A stretch of 64,000 bases of DNA, from assembly GCA_963798085.1 (NCBI GenBank), contig CAWCRS010000010.1, positions 115,899 to 179,898 on the forward strand, written 5' to 3'. Below are positions 19,484 to 28,992 of the stretch, one piece after another. The stretch is from an uncultured Gemmatimonadales bacterium. Lineage in GTDB: Bacteria; Gemmatimonadota; Gemmatimonadetes; Longimicrobiales; RSA9. The position numbers were made by a program, and so were the translations under genes. Position 1 is the stretch's first letter, and each line of letters begins with the position of its first letter. The notes beneath the pieces were generated by a model. It saw nothing but the letters and a program-made list of their open reading frames with translations. It was not told the DNA's origin and searched no databases.

Positions 19484-20083
19484 GTGAAGAACGTTCGGAC
19501 TCTGGCGCTTGCGGTGGGCGGCATGGCGGCACTGGCGCTGCCGCTGCAGGCCCAGCAGACGGCCGAGGAAGTGAAGCCGCTCGAGGTGGGCGCGACTGCG
19601 CCCGACTTCGCGGTGCCCGGCGCCACACGCTACGGCGTGCTGAAGGACCAGATCCACCTCAGCGATTTCAAGGGCAAGACCGTCGTCCTCGCCTTCTTCT
19701 TCAAGGCAAGGACACGAGGCTGAACGATCCAAATGCACGCGTACCGTGATCAGTACGCGCAGATCTTCCACACCGGCCAGAACGTCGTGCTGCTCGCCCT
19801 CAGCGCCGATCCGGTCGACGAGCTGTACGCCTGGGCAAGGGACGACCAGTTCCAGTTCCTGTTCGGCAGCGACAAGGATTTGACGGTCGGCAAGCTGTAC
19901 GGCGCGTACGATCCTCGCCGGCCGACCATGACGAACCGCAACCTGTTCGTGGTTGGACCCGACGGGAAGATCGCGTATCGCGCCGTCCCGTTCCACGAGG
20001 TGGATCCGCAGGCTTACACGGAGTTAGGAGATGCGGTCAGGAAACTGCTGCCGCCGGACACCACGGGAGGCGGCTTCCACTGA
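19484..20083 (+). CDS. Exported AhpC/TSA (BCP/PrxQ-like) peroxiredoxin, probable selenoprotein (Sec at TGA 19721-19723)
   Basis: ORFs 19484-19723 and 19733-20083 are in one frame. LEVGATAPDF...LSDFKGKTVVLAFFFKARTRG-U-TIQM puts TGA at the peroxidatic Cys position. C-terminal RNLFVVGPDGKI; signal peptide; GGAGG upstream. Confidence 0.85.
19724..19765 (+). promoter_or_regulatory. Candidate bacterial SECIS element
   Basis: 7-bp stem CGCGTAC (19738-44)/GTACGCG (19753-59), loop CGTGATCA, lower pairings TG/CA and GATC/GATC, immediately 3' of the TGA. Confidence 0.6.
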
Positions 20084-20140
20084 TATATCCGGACCCCACC
20101 CGGCGCCGCGCTGCACGAAAAACAGGCACGCGGCGCCACG

Positions 20141-20183
20141 AAGAGGGCCACGCCGTCCCACGGACCGCGTGGCCTTCTCTTTT
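20141..20183 (+). terminator. Intrinsic terminator between convergent prx and lspA
   Basis: AGAGGGCCACGC-CGTCC..GGAC-CGCGTGGCCTTCT followed by CTTTT. Confidence 0.65.
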
Positions 20184-20346
20184 GGCGGCTCGCCAGCACT
20201 TCGCTCACTCCCCCTGCAAACCCCTGGAGCTGCCGGCCATGCGCGCGCATCCACTCGTATGTCAGGCGACGATTCTCTTCCCGTTCCAGCGCATCGCATG
20301 CGCCGGTGTCTTGCCACCGCCGGAGTCCAATGGCGAGGCCGCCGTG

Positions 20347-20835
20347 TCACATGCCCGGGCTGGGCGTGGGCTCGGCGCGCGTGGCAAGGATGCTCAGCGC
20401 CAGGATGATGCCGCCGATGGTGATCGCGGCATCGGCCACGTTGAACACGAGAGGAAAGAAGGGGAAGAGCAGAAAGTCGGTGACGCCGCCGTGGGCAATG
20501 CGGTCGCCCAGATTGCCCAGCGCGCCGCCCACCACGAGCGCGATGCCGAGTTGCACGCGTGCGTCGGAGCTGGCTCGCGCCAGCCGCACCAGCAGGAAGA
20601 CAGCCGCGCAGGCCGCCGCGATGAGCAGCGGCGTACGCCAGATGGCGCCGCTCCCGTTGAGAATGCTGAAGGCGACACCGCGGTTCTGCAGGTGCACGAG
20701 GTACAGCCAGCCGTTCACCACGGCCACCTGCTGGTGCATTGCGATGCGGTTCAGGATCAGGAACTTCGACCACCAGTCCGCCGCCACCACCGCCACGGTC
20801 AGCCAGCCTATCCAGCGGCTCCAGCGTGGAATCAT
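20347..20835 (-). CDS. lspA: Lipoprotein signal peptidase II
   Basis: DWWSK, NRGVAFS, GGALGNLGDR, VTDFL, FNVADAAI motifs. Confidence 0.95.
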   Translation of the reverse strand: MIPRWSRWIGWLTVAVVAADWWSKFLILNRIAMHQQVAVVNGWLYLVHLQNRGVAFSILNGSGAIWRTPLLIAAACAAVFLLVRLARASSDARVQLGIALVVGGALGNLGDRIAHGGVTDFLLFPFFPLVFNVADAAITIGGIILALSILATRAEPTPSPGM

Positions 20836-20850
20836 GCGCTTGTGCTCCTG

Positions 20851-23064
20851 TCAGTGTCCCTGGTGGTTCGTTCTGACACGCTGTTCGCGTTCTTCGCGTC
20901 CGCCGTTGCGCGCCATCGTCGCCTGCAGCAGTCCCGCATACCGACGTGATGGAACCGCGCTTTCGATCTGCACGCGAATGGAATCCCGCTTCACGGGCAA
21001 GGCTTGCAGCGTGATGGGCTGCAGCTCGGTCGAGGCAGTCACCGTAATGCTCGCGAGCGTGCGCTGGTAACCGGGCGCCGAAGCCGTCAGTCGGTATACG
21101 CCGCTGACGGGAACCGTGAAGCGGAAGCGGCCCGCGCTGTCCGTCTGCACGCGGTCGCCGCTGCTGCTGTCGGCGGCGATCAGGTCGACCTGCGCGGACG
21201 CGAGCGGTGCGGACCGCGCGTCCACCACACGGCCCGAGATCACGATCGCGCGCTCCGCCGGGCCGTGTGCGAAACGCAGGTCCAGCTGCATGATGCTGTC
21301 TGCGGTGAGGAAACGCTGCGGCGGCGAGGTCACACTGTCCACTGTGATGCGCACCAGGATGTTGCGGTCCGTGGGCAGCGAGCAGACGTGGTAGCGTCCC
21401 TGCTCGTCGGTTAGCGCGGCGGTATCGCGATGCCTGACGGCAAGGCTGGACGGGATGCCGGCGAAGCTGTCCCAGAGAAAATGCAGCTCGGCGCCGCCCA
21501 GGCGCTGGCCGGACGCGGAATCGCGCACCACGCCGTAGACGCGGCTCTCGCGTTGCGCGCGGTCCGCGGGCGGCGGGCAGTCGGCCAGCACACTGCGTCG
21601 GATCGGCGGCAGCGCCACGCGGGTCGCGGTCGTCGAATCCGCTGCCACACGCACCGGCACGCCCGCTGCGGGATACGCGGGCAGCGAATCCAGTCGCGGA
21701 TGACCCAGCGTGAGGGTGTAGAGACCGGCCGGCACGTCATTGATGCGGAAGCGGCCCTGGCCATCGGTGGTGGCGCGCATGGCCGTCCCCTCCAGGCTGA
21801 CCGTCGCTCCCGCTAACGCAACATTACGGGTGCTGTCGAACGCCTCACCCGCGATGCTGCCCGGACTGGCCAGCACCCAGCGCTGCCCGGCAGCGGCGGC
21901 GGCAACGACTTCCCCGCCCTGCTCCGCGAACTGCTTGATGTGCGGCGGCCCCACCAGTGACCCCATGCGCACGGAATTGATCGCGTAGGGCACGCGGATC
22001 AGCCAGCGGCTCACCAGCCAGGCGCCGTTGGGCAGCATGCGGAACTCGACGCGGCCCGATGCCTGGTCGGCGTAGGGCACATCGTCCGCATCCGTGTAGC
22101 GGATCTCGATGAAGTCGAGGTGCTGCGTGTGCGCGTCCAGCCAGGCCACGCCGCTCACGCCCGCCTTCTGCCTGGATCCGCCGGCGGGCGTGAACTCCAC
22201 GCCCAGCAGCTGGCCGTGGTCGGAGCGCGTCAGCGAGAAACAGTGCGAGGTCTCGAACTCGGAGGAGAGCAGCACCGCCGCGGAGGGCGCGTAGTAGCTG
22301 TAGTCGGAGCCGCTGCGGCGGATGTAGCCGTTCTGCAGGAGGTCGGCGGCGGGCAGGCTCACGAACGGCTCACCCAGCCGGGACGCGAAGCGCTGCAGCG
22401 ACTGGTGCAGCGTGACATCCTGGTCGCTCACCACACGGTCGAACGTGTAGCCATCGTACATCACGACGCGCTGCCGGCTCACGATCGCCGAGTTCGCCAG
22501 CGCGCTCCGGGCCGCGTTCCACACGCGCAGGATGTCCGATGCCGAGGAGCGGATGGCGCAGGTCCGCTGCTTCCTCACATCGATCACATCCAGCGTCAGC
22601 GGTTCCACATCCAGGGCAATGTCGAAATGCCGCGTGCCGCCCGGTTCCATGCGGAAGCGTTCGCCCAGCGCCGTCCGATAACCGAGTGTTTGCACGCGCA
22701 GCCGCACCCGGCCCGTGTCCGCCACGTTCAGCAGGAACTCGCCCTGCTCGTTGCTGAGCGTCTGCAGCAGCGACCTGTCGCTGGCACCCAGCAGCTCGAC
22801 CACCGCCGACGGCAGCGCCCGCCCCGACGCCCGATCCGTCACCCGCCCCGTAACCCGCTGCCCCGCCACCGGCCCGCCATGCAGGAGCGCGAGCAGCACG
22901 ATGCACGCAGCGCACAACCGGCCCCCGCCGCCAGGGCGAGAGGAGCGCCAGTCGCGTTTCAGGAGTCGAACCGGATCACCAGGCCGCAAGTGCACGAATC
23001 CGAAGGAAGGTAAACGAAGGCGCCAGAGCACCGCATGAATACGCCCACCCCGAAGGAGAATCAA
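20851..23064 (-). CDS. Exported protein with multiple carboxypeptidase-regulatory-like domains
   Basis: Repeated G-x-V-x-D...L-x-x-A-x-V...TD-x-x-GRF modules. Start probably nearer 22917/22899. Confidence 0.75.
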   Translation of the reverse strand: MILLRGGRIHAVLWRLRLPSFGFVHLRPGDPVRLLKRDWRSSRPGGGGRLCAACIVLLALLHGGPVAGQRVTGRVTDRASGRALPSAVVELLGASDRSLLQTLSNEQGEFLLNVADTGRVRLRVQTLGYRTALGERFRMEPGGTRHFDIALDVEPLTLDVIDVRKQRTCAIRSSASDILRVWNAARSALANSAIVSRQRVVMYDGYTFDRVVSDQDVTLHQSLQRFASRLGEPFVSLPAADLLQNGYIRRSGSDYSYYAPSAAVLLSSEFETSHCFSLTRSDHGQLLGVEFTPAGGSRQKAGVSGVAWLDAHTQHLDFIEIRYTDADDVPYADQASGRVEFRMLPNGAWLVSRWLIRVPYAINSVRMGSLVGPPHIKQFAEQGGEVVAAAAAGQRWVLASPGSIAGEAFDSTRNVALAGATVSLEGTAMRATTDGQGRFRINDVPAGLYTLTLGHPRLDSLPAYPAAGVPVRVAADSTTATRVALPPIRRSVLADCPPPADRAQRESRVYGVVRDSASGQRLGGAELHFLWDSFAGIPSSLAVRHRDTAALTDEQGRYHVCSLPTDRNILVRITVDSVTSPPQRFLTADSIMQLDLRFAHGPAERAIVISGRVVDARSAPLASAQVDLIAADSSSGDRVQTDSAGRFRFTVPVSGVYRLTASAPGYQRTLASITVTASTELQPITLQALPVKRDSIRVQIESAVPSRRYAGLLQATMARNGGREEREQRVRTNHQGH

Positions 23065-23152
23065 CCCGCCGCAGGAGGAACGTGGCCGCCCTAACAGTCT
23101 GCTAGAACGAAAATGCGGTCCGTTCTCCCAGCCAGCCGGAGAAAGTCAGCGC

Positions 23153-23312
23153 CAATCCGTTATCGCCGTTCCCCGGCAACCAGCCCAAGCCACCAGCCCG
23201 GCAACGCAGTCCAATCCGTAAGTCGCCGTTCCAGGCCCGAGCCCGAGCCCCAGCCCGAGCAACGCAGTTCAATCCGTAAATCGCCGTTCCCAGCCCGAGC
23301 CCCAGCCCGAGC
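23153..23312. repeat. Three tandem imperfect 58-59 bp repeats
   Basis: Core CAATCCGT(T/AA)(A/G)TCGCCGTTCC at 23153, 23212 and 23270, each followed by (C/G)AGCCC hexamer runs. Confidence 0.8.
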
Positions 23313-23328
23313 ACCGCGAAAGGGACGG

Positions 23329-23872
23329 TCAGTGCCCCAGCAGCTTCCCCACCGCTTCCACGAGCTTCTGCCGGTCGCCCGAACCCGTGTACGCCACCTT
23401 GCCGCTCGGCATCGAGGATCACGATGTACGAGGTGGCGGGCGCATCGTAGGCGCGCACGGCGGCGCCCTTCGCGTCGAAGAACACCTTGCCCGGCAGCGT
23501 GTGCGTCTCCAGATGGCGCTTGATCTGCCGCGGCGTCTGGTTCACGCCCACGCCGATGAACAGGATCTCGAGGTTGTCGCCGAACTGCTTCTTCGCGGCG
23601 CTCAGCTGCGGCTCGAGGGCCCGGCAGAGCGGACACCACGTCGCCCAGAACTCGAGCAGCACGGGTCGCTTGCCGAGGAACTGCTGCAGGTCCACCGCGT
23701 TGCCGTCCAGGTCCTCGACCTGCGCCGCGACGGGTGTCGTGCCGATGGGCAGACCCACGTCCTGCGCCCTGGCCGGTCCGGCCAGCGCCAGCGAGCCGGC
23801 CAGTGCGAGCGCGCCGATCCCCGCCGGCCAGCGGAACGGGAAGCGTCGCCTGACATCCGTTGCGGCTGACAT
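23329..23872 (-). CDS. TlpA-family thioredoxin-like disulfide reductase (frameshift near 3' end)
   Basis: LLEFWATWCPLC; signal peptide; after a shift near 23405 reads GKVAYTGSGDRQKLVEAVGKLLGH*. Confidence 0.85.
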
Positions 23873-24600
23873 CACAGCACCATCCCCATCTGCACGAAGT
23901 AGTACTCGGCCATGGCGATCATCACGATCGCGGCGAGCCGCTTGATCCACAGCATCCAGGCGCCTGAGCGCGGCAACCTCGCCAGCAACCCGCTCGACAG
24001 TCCCACGCCCACGAGCAGCGCGGTCATGCCCAGCGAAAACACGAACAGGTAGACGAAGCCGAGCACTGCGCTCTGCGTGCCTGCCACCCAGGTGAGCACC
24101 GCGGCGAATGCAGGCGCGCCGCAGGGCGCCGCTACAATGCCCGAGGTGGCGCCCAGCAGGAATACGCCGGCCAGCGAACCGCCGCGCAGTGAGCCGGCCC
24201 AGCGCGCCAGCCTGCCGGGCACATTGACCGGGATGACGTCCAGCATAGCCAACCCGAAAATCAGCAGCAGGTTCCCCGTGATGAAGCGGGCCCACGGGCT
24301 GGCCGAGACGGTGCCGAAGAGGGAACCGGTGAGGCCGGCAGCGAGACCGAGGATGGCGTAGAACAGCGCGAGACCGAGGACGTAGGCCGCGGTGAGAGCC
24401 ACGGTTCGCCCGCGCGACGCGCCCGCCGTACTGCCGCCCATGATGCCGGCGGTGATGGGGATCATCGGGTAAATGCAGGGCGTCAGGCTGGTGAGCACGC
24501 CGGCGCCGAAGAGTGTGGCGAGTGCCAGCAGTGGCCGGTGCTGCAGCGACTCGGCCAGTGCGCCGGACTGGAGCAGAGCGCCCGGGCCCGTGACTAGCAC
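23872..24600 (-). CDS. ccdA: CcdA/DsbD transmembrane electron-transfer protein
   Basis: GVLTSLTPCIYPMIP and AAPCGAPAF cysteine motifs; multiple TM helices; stop overlaps the tlpA start. Confidence 0.88.
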   Translation of the reverse strand: MLVTGPGALLQSGALAESLQHRPLLALATLFGAGVLTSLTPCIYPMIPITAGIMGGSTAGASRGRTVALTAAYVLGLALFYAILGLAAGLTGSLFGTVSASPWARFITGNLLLIFGLAMLDVIPVNVPGRLARWAGSLRGGSLAGVFLLGATSGIVAAPCGAPAFAAVLTWVAGTQSAVLGFVYLFVFSLGMTALLVGVGLSSGLLARLPRSGAWMLWIKRLAAIVMIAMAEYYFVQMGMVL

Positions 24601-24652
24601 AAGGTTAGGCCGGCGCGCGGCAGCATGGGGGTCGCCGCAACGGCCCGGCGCA

Positions 24653-24904
24653 TCAGTGTCGCTTCAGCAGCCGGTAGACGAGGAGCAGCGCCAGCGCCCC
24701 CGCGGTGGCCACCAGGATGCTGCGGACGTCGAAACCGGTGACACTGCCGAAGCCCATGCGTGTGGCGACGGCGCCGCCCAGCAGTGCGCCGGCCACGCCG
24801 ATCAGGATCGTGACGATCAGACCGCCCGGGTCTTTCCCGGGCATCAGAAACTTGGCGAGCGCACCGACAATGAGGCCGAGCCCGATCCAGGCGAAGAAGC
24901 TCAT
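24653..24904 (-). CDS. GlsB/YeaQ/YmgE (transglycosylase-associated) membrane protein
   Basis: WIGLGLIVGALAKFLMPGKDPGGLIVTILIGVAGALLGG. Confidence 0.9.
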   Translation of the reverse strand: MSFFAWIGLGLIVGALAKFLMPGKDPGGLIVTILIGVAGALLGGAVATRMGFGSVTGFDVRSILVATAGALALLLVYRLLKRH

Positions 24905-24920
24905 GTGCGGAGACGGCCGC

Positions 24921-26210
24921 TCAATGGATGCGCACTTCTTCCCAGTGACGGTAGCGCCACAGGGTACCGCCCAGGAACGCGCCCAGGACCGTGCTGCCGC
25001 CGATGACGCCCATGGCAAAGGCAGGCTTGCGTGGCGAGTGCGCGGAGATGGTGCCGGTGCGTCCATTGCCCAGATCCTTCGCTTCCTCGGCCATGGCCCC
25101 GATGGCCATGGACCCGAGACCCAGAAAGAAACCCCACTTGGCGCCGCGGTACATGCGTTCCGGGGCGCCGGCAATGCCGCCATCGCGTTCCAGCCTGCGC
25201 AGTTCGGGAATGGCGAAGTTGTGCACGTCGGCGCCTGTCTGCAGCGCGATGCTGTCCGGGTTCACGGTCTGCACCACACCCTCCGTCGTGTGGCCGAAGC
25301 GCGTGGTGGCGCGTGCCAGTGTGCCCGGCGTGATGCTGACAGCCGGACGCGCTGCCGGCGGAGCCGCCTTGGGTGCGGTGTTGGCGTAGTTGCCGCGACG
25401 CGTCCACACGAGCACTACGCCGCAAGCGTTCTGGTACTGCAGCGGCGCGCGCGTTCCCGAGTACACTTCGATGCCCTCGATCTCGCTGACATTCACGATG
25501 TCCCACGCATCGACCTTGTGGTCACCGGGGCCCGGATTCTGTCCGACGTAGTTGTTCTCGCGGAACAACTGGCCGTCGAGATAGAGGTCGGGCTCGCAGC
25601 CGGGCAGGCCGCCAGGCGCCTGGCTGAACGCCTGCGTGTCGTTGGTGGGTCGATTCAGGCGAACGTGCCGCCGGCCGGGATCGAGCGTGTACACGCGCAC
25701 CATGGGTACGATCTGGAGAATGTCGGTCAGCGCGTTGGGCTGTTTCTTCTCGATGTCGTCGCGCGAGAAGAAGCTGCCGCCCGGCGAGCTTTCCTCGCGC
25801 TCGTAGAACCCGCTCGCCTGGAGCCAGCCGGAGCGCACCGACACCTCGATCGGTGTCAGGGGAACCGCTTTCTGCGTCAGCGTGATAACAATCTCGTTAG
25901 TCTGTCCCGCTCGCAGCATCATGGAATCGGACCGCGTGGCGTAACCGAGCATTTCGACGATCACGGTGTTGCGCCCTGCCGGTGCGCCGGAGATGGTGAA
26001 GCGCCCCAGGGCGTCCGTCACTGCGCTGGCGCCGCCTTCGCCGTCAATGCGCACCAGCGCGCCCGCGACGGGACGACGATTCTCCTGATCGAGGACGTGG
26101 CCGAGGAGGAGCACGGCCGGCGTCGGCGTTTGCTGCGCTGCAATGTGTCCCGCGAAGAGGAATCCCAGCAGTACTGTCACGAGCCTGCAGATGGCGCGGC
26201 GTTGCCTCAT
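24921..26210 (-). CDS. Carboxypeptidase-regulatory + TonB-plug-like domain protein
   Basis: Signal peptide, AVTDALGRF, plug-like LYLDG...EIEGIEVY...ACGVVLVWTR, C-terminal Gly-rich hydrophobic helices instead of a barrel. Confidence 0.7.
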   Translation of the reverse strand: MRQRRAICRLVTVLLGFLFAGHIAAQQTPTPAVLLLGHVLDQENRRPVAGALVRIDGEGGASAVTDALGRFTISGAPAGRNTVIVEMLGYATRSDSMMLRAGQTNEIVITLTQKAVPLTPIEVSVRSGWLQASGFYEREESSPGGSFFSRDDIEKKQPNALTDILQIVPMVRVYTLDPGRRHVRLNRPTNDTQAFSQAPGGLPGCEPDLYLDGQLFRENNYVGQNPGPGDHKVDAWDIVNVSEIEGIEVYSGTRAPLQYQNACGVVLVWTRRGNYANTAPKAAPPAARPAVSITPGTLARATTRFGHTTEGVVQTVNPDSIALQTGADVHNFAIPELRRLERDGGIAGAPERMYRGAKWGFFLGLGSMAIGAMAEEAKDLGNGRTGTISAHSPRKPAFAMGVIGGSTVLGAFLGGTLWRYRHWEEVRIH

Positions 26211-26386
26211 GCCGTCACGGTCTCCGAAGCGCCCGCACTGGCGGGAGCTGAACAGGAAGAGCGCCGGTCGCGCGCAGGAACCGGAAACGGTCCCCTGCGC
26301 TGGCCGGCGCATCGCTAATCCGGACTTGAATAGTTAACCCCGGCGCCATCCGCGGGGCAAGCTCGCCGGCCCCTTGCGGACTGTAA

Positions 26387-27829
26387 CTATGTCTCGACAT
26401 CGACCCAGCGGACGAGCTCGCGCAGCGGACCGGCGCCATCGTGGTGCCATGTGGGTGGCGGCCAGGGCATGCGCGCAAAATCGGTGATGCGGGTGGCGCC
26501 CGCGCGTGCCAGCGCGTCCGCCAGGGCTGGCCCGCGTGCGCCCACGCCTTCCATGGCAACGGTCTGCAGATATCCGCGCACGGGCTCGATCAGGGATGGC
26601 ACTTCAGCTACGCTCGACACCCGCTTGATGCGCACGGTGCGATTCAGGCAGGATGCCTCGAAGCGGGCATCGGCTTCGTAGATGACGGTCCAGCCGTTGC
26701 CCGTCAGCAGCTCGATCTCCTCGCCCGCAATGGCGCGGAACTCGGCGGCGCCGCGTGTTTCGTGGATGGCCGCGGCTTCGGCGGGCGAGAGCACACCGCG
26801 CGGCAGCTCGGCCGCGACTGCCTCCAGCGCGGCGGCCAGGCAGTGCGCGAAGCCGCGCGCGCCGATCCCCGCCTCCTCGACATACACGATGTGCGGTGAA
26901 ACGCACCCCTGCTGATCGAACAGCGATACCGCCCATGCAACGCGTGCCGCTGCCGTGTTAGCCAATTCCGGCGAGGCGAGTGCGTCGCCGCCCAGCAGAC
27001 CGATGGACACACGCGGACCGTGGTCGATCACGCGCGTCGTAGCCGGCGCGCGACTGCGCATGGCGCGCACCGCATCCCCACCGCCATAGACCACGATGGC
27101 ATCCGCCGCCGTCACCGCCTCATCCTCGACGAGCGACTGCCCTCCGGGCCAATAGGTCACAGCCAGACAGTCGGCCAGTCCGCTGTCCACCGAAGCCAGA
27201 GCGCGGGCAAACAGCACTGTCAGGAGCGGGTCGCCGGACGCGGTCTTGCCCAGCATCGCGCCCTTGACCAGCAGTGTGCGCACCAGCGCGGTCACGGCCA
27301 CGCCCGGCACACTGCCGGAGAACACGTGGAAGGCCAGGCGAGGACCGAGAGCCCGTGTGTGTACGCCGTGCCGTCTCTGGTAGCCGTCCAGCACGTGACC
27401 CGGCAGCTCGCTGTCCAGCAGATGCAGCAGCGCCGCTTCGCTCCAGTCGTCGCTGAAGCGATCCAGCAGCAGGCGGATCATGGCCGGCGAATAGCCCGTG
27501 ATTTGCGGCAGCGCACGCTCTGCCAGCTGGCGCAACGCGTCATCGGGTTGCGCCAGACGGTGCGCCGCGCGACCCAGGCAATGCGCAATGGCGGCCGCCG
27601 GCAGCGGCTCGAGCGCAATGCGCCGCGACGCTTCCATCCTGGCCAGCAGTGCGGTCAGTGCGCCTTCGCGCAGAACGGGGAAACGCAGCGTCACACCCCG
27701 GCCGTACTCGCGCACCTCCCACGCTGTCACATCATCTGCTGTGAGACCCGGCAGATGGAACGCGTCGATCACCGTGCTGCCGGTGCCGACATCGCGGTGC
27801 GGTGCGGGCGAGGCGCTCACCGAGTTCAT
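26387..27829 (-). CDS. luxC: LuxC-family acyl-CoA reductase
   Basis: HVFSGSVPG, LGKTAS, YGGGDAV, FDQQGCVSPH (catalytic Cys), WHHDG. Confidence 0.88.
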   Translation of the reverse strand: MNSVSASPAPHRDVGTGSTVIDAFHLPGLTADDVTAWEVREYGRGVTLRFPVLREGALTALLARMEASRRIALEPLPAAAIAHCLGRAAHRLAQPDDALRQLAERALPQITGYSPAMIRLLLDRFSDDWSEAALLHLLDSELPGHVLDGYQRRHGVHTRALGPRLAFHVFSGSVPGVAVTALVRTLLVKGAMLGKTASGDPLLTVLFARALASVDSGLADCLAVTYWPGGQSLVEDEAVTAADAIVVYGGGDAVRAMRSRAPATTRVIDHGPRVSIGLLGGDALASPELANTAAARVAWAVSLFDQQGCVSPHIVYVEEAGIGARGFAHCLAAALEAVAAELPRGVLSPAEAAAIHETRGAAEFRAIAGEEIELLTGNGWTVIYEADARFEASCLNRTVRIKRVSSVAEVPSLIEPVRGYLQTVAMEGVGARGPALADALARAGATRITDFARMPWPPPTWHHDGAGPLRELVRWVDVET

Positions 27830-28992
27830 GCCCTTCCCTCGGCCTGCGCTGTGGTCTGCATGCCACGCTCCTGCAATGCGAGCAGCAGTTCATCCATCGC
27901 CAGCGAACAGCCGCGCGGCTCCGCACCAGCCGCGCGACCCAGCACGCGGAATCCGTCATCGACCAGAATGCCCATGTCCTCGGTCTGCACGGCAAGGACC
28001 GAGCCGAGGTTGGCCAGATCGACGTGGCGCAGCAGGCCAGTGGCGCCCGCCGGCAGCGGCTCCAGTGTTTCCGGGTCCACGACCAGCGTGCGCACCCACG
28101 GCGGCGCCAGCTTGCGGCGGTTCCCCGCGGCACCCGACCGGACGCGCTCGAACAGCGTGCTGTCGTAGAACTGCGAGCACAGCTCGGTCATGCCGTACTC
28201 GTTGACGCAGTGCGTGGGCGGGATGGCGCAGCGCTCGAGGTAGAGCGCGCGCAGCGCGTCCTCGCCGACGTCGCGACCGCGACCCTTGAAGCCGCCCGTG
28301 TCCATGAGACGCGAGCCCGCGGGCAGCCGATAGCGACGCTGCTTCGCCAGCAGCTCGTCCGTCCAGTGCACGAACGCGGAGGCGGTGCCCAGCAGACACA
28401 CCGGCTCGCCCGCGCGCTGCGCCTCGTGCAGCGCTTCGTCCAGCGTGTCGCCGGCAATGCCGTGCGCCGTGGATGCGAACCAGCCGCTGCGCCGCGACCC
28501 CAGCTGTTCCATCACCGTGGCGATCATGTGCGCGAGTGACGAGTCCGGCAGATCGCGGGGGGGCGGCACCAGTGAGAACATGGCAAGGCGAGCGCCGTCG
28601 GGCAGCACCATGGCCGCAAAGGCGGGCAGCAGCGAACAATGGTAGAGCGACAGATCCAGCACGTAATGCGAGCCGCGGCGCTGCTCACCGCGCGTCGTGC
28701 CGCTGGTACGGAACACGGCCTCGGCATCCGCTGCCCGGCCCGCCACTAACACCGCATGCTTGAAGGCGGCCGTGGGCACGGCCGGAATATCCAGCCAGCT
28801 GGTGACGCGGTCGGGTGTGCGGCCGCGGCGCTCGCAGTACGCGGCATAGGGCCGGTTGCGCTCGAACTGCCACGCGAATGCGGCCGTCGCCAGCGCATTG
28901 AACTGCGCGTCCTCCAGGCGGGTGCCGGGTGGCCTGGCCAGCGCCGCATCCAGAGCCGCGAGCAGCGCACGCGGTGGTGTGACCGGGCTCAT
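27826..28992 (-). CDS. luxE: LuxE-family acyl-protein synthetase
   Basis: IPAVPTAAFK, FRTSGTT, MDTGGFKGR, EYGMTELCSQ, DLAN, QTEDMG, GRAAGAEPRGCS. Confidence 0.88.
   Translation of the reverse strand: MSPVTPPRALLAALDAALARPPGTRLEDAQFNALATAAFAWQFERNRPYAAYCERRGRTPDRVTSWLDIPAVPTAAFKHAVLVAGRAADAEAVFRTSGTTRGEQRRGSHYVLDLSLYHCSLLPAFAAMVLPDGARLAMFSLVPPPRDLPDSSLAHMIATVMEQLGSRRSGWFASTAHGIAGDTLDEALHEAQRAGEPVCLLGTASAFVHWTDELLAKQRRYRLPAGSRLMDTGGFKGRGRDVGEDALRALYLERCAIPPTHCVNEYGMTELCSQFYDSTLFERVRSGAAGNRRKLAPPWVRTLVVDPETLEPLPAGATGLLRHVDLANLGSVLAVQTEDMGILVDDGFRVLGRAAGAEPRGCSLAMDELLLALQERGMQTTAQAEGRA

Noticed and set aside
19733..20083. Independent 116-aa gene starting at ATG 19733
   Set aside because: No RBS, and it is the in-frame second half of the peroxiredoxin fold.
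22955..22980. tRNA T-loop-like GGTTCGACTCC on the minus strand
   Set aside because: The T-stem is mismatched and I could not build acceptor, D or anticodon arms.
23153..23312. Possible mini CRISPR array
   Set aside because: Repeats are degenerate, the intervening sequences resemble each other rather than being unique spacers, and no cas genes are present.
26387..28992. Bioluminescence operon
   Set aside because: No luxA, luxB, luxD or luxG in the window; luxCE alone cannot produce light.
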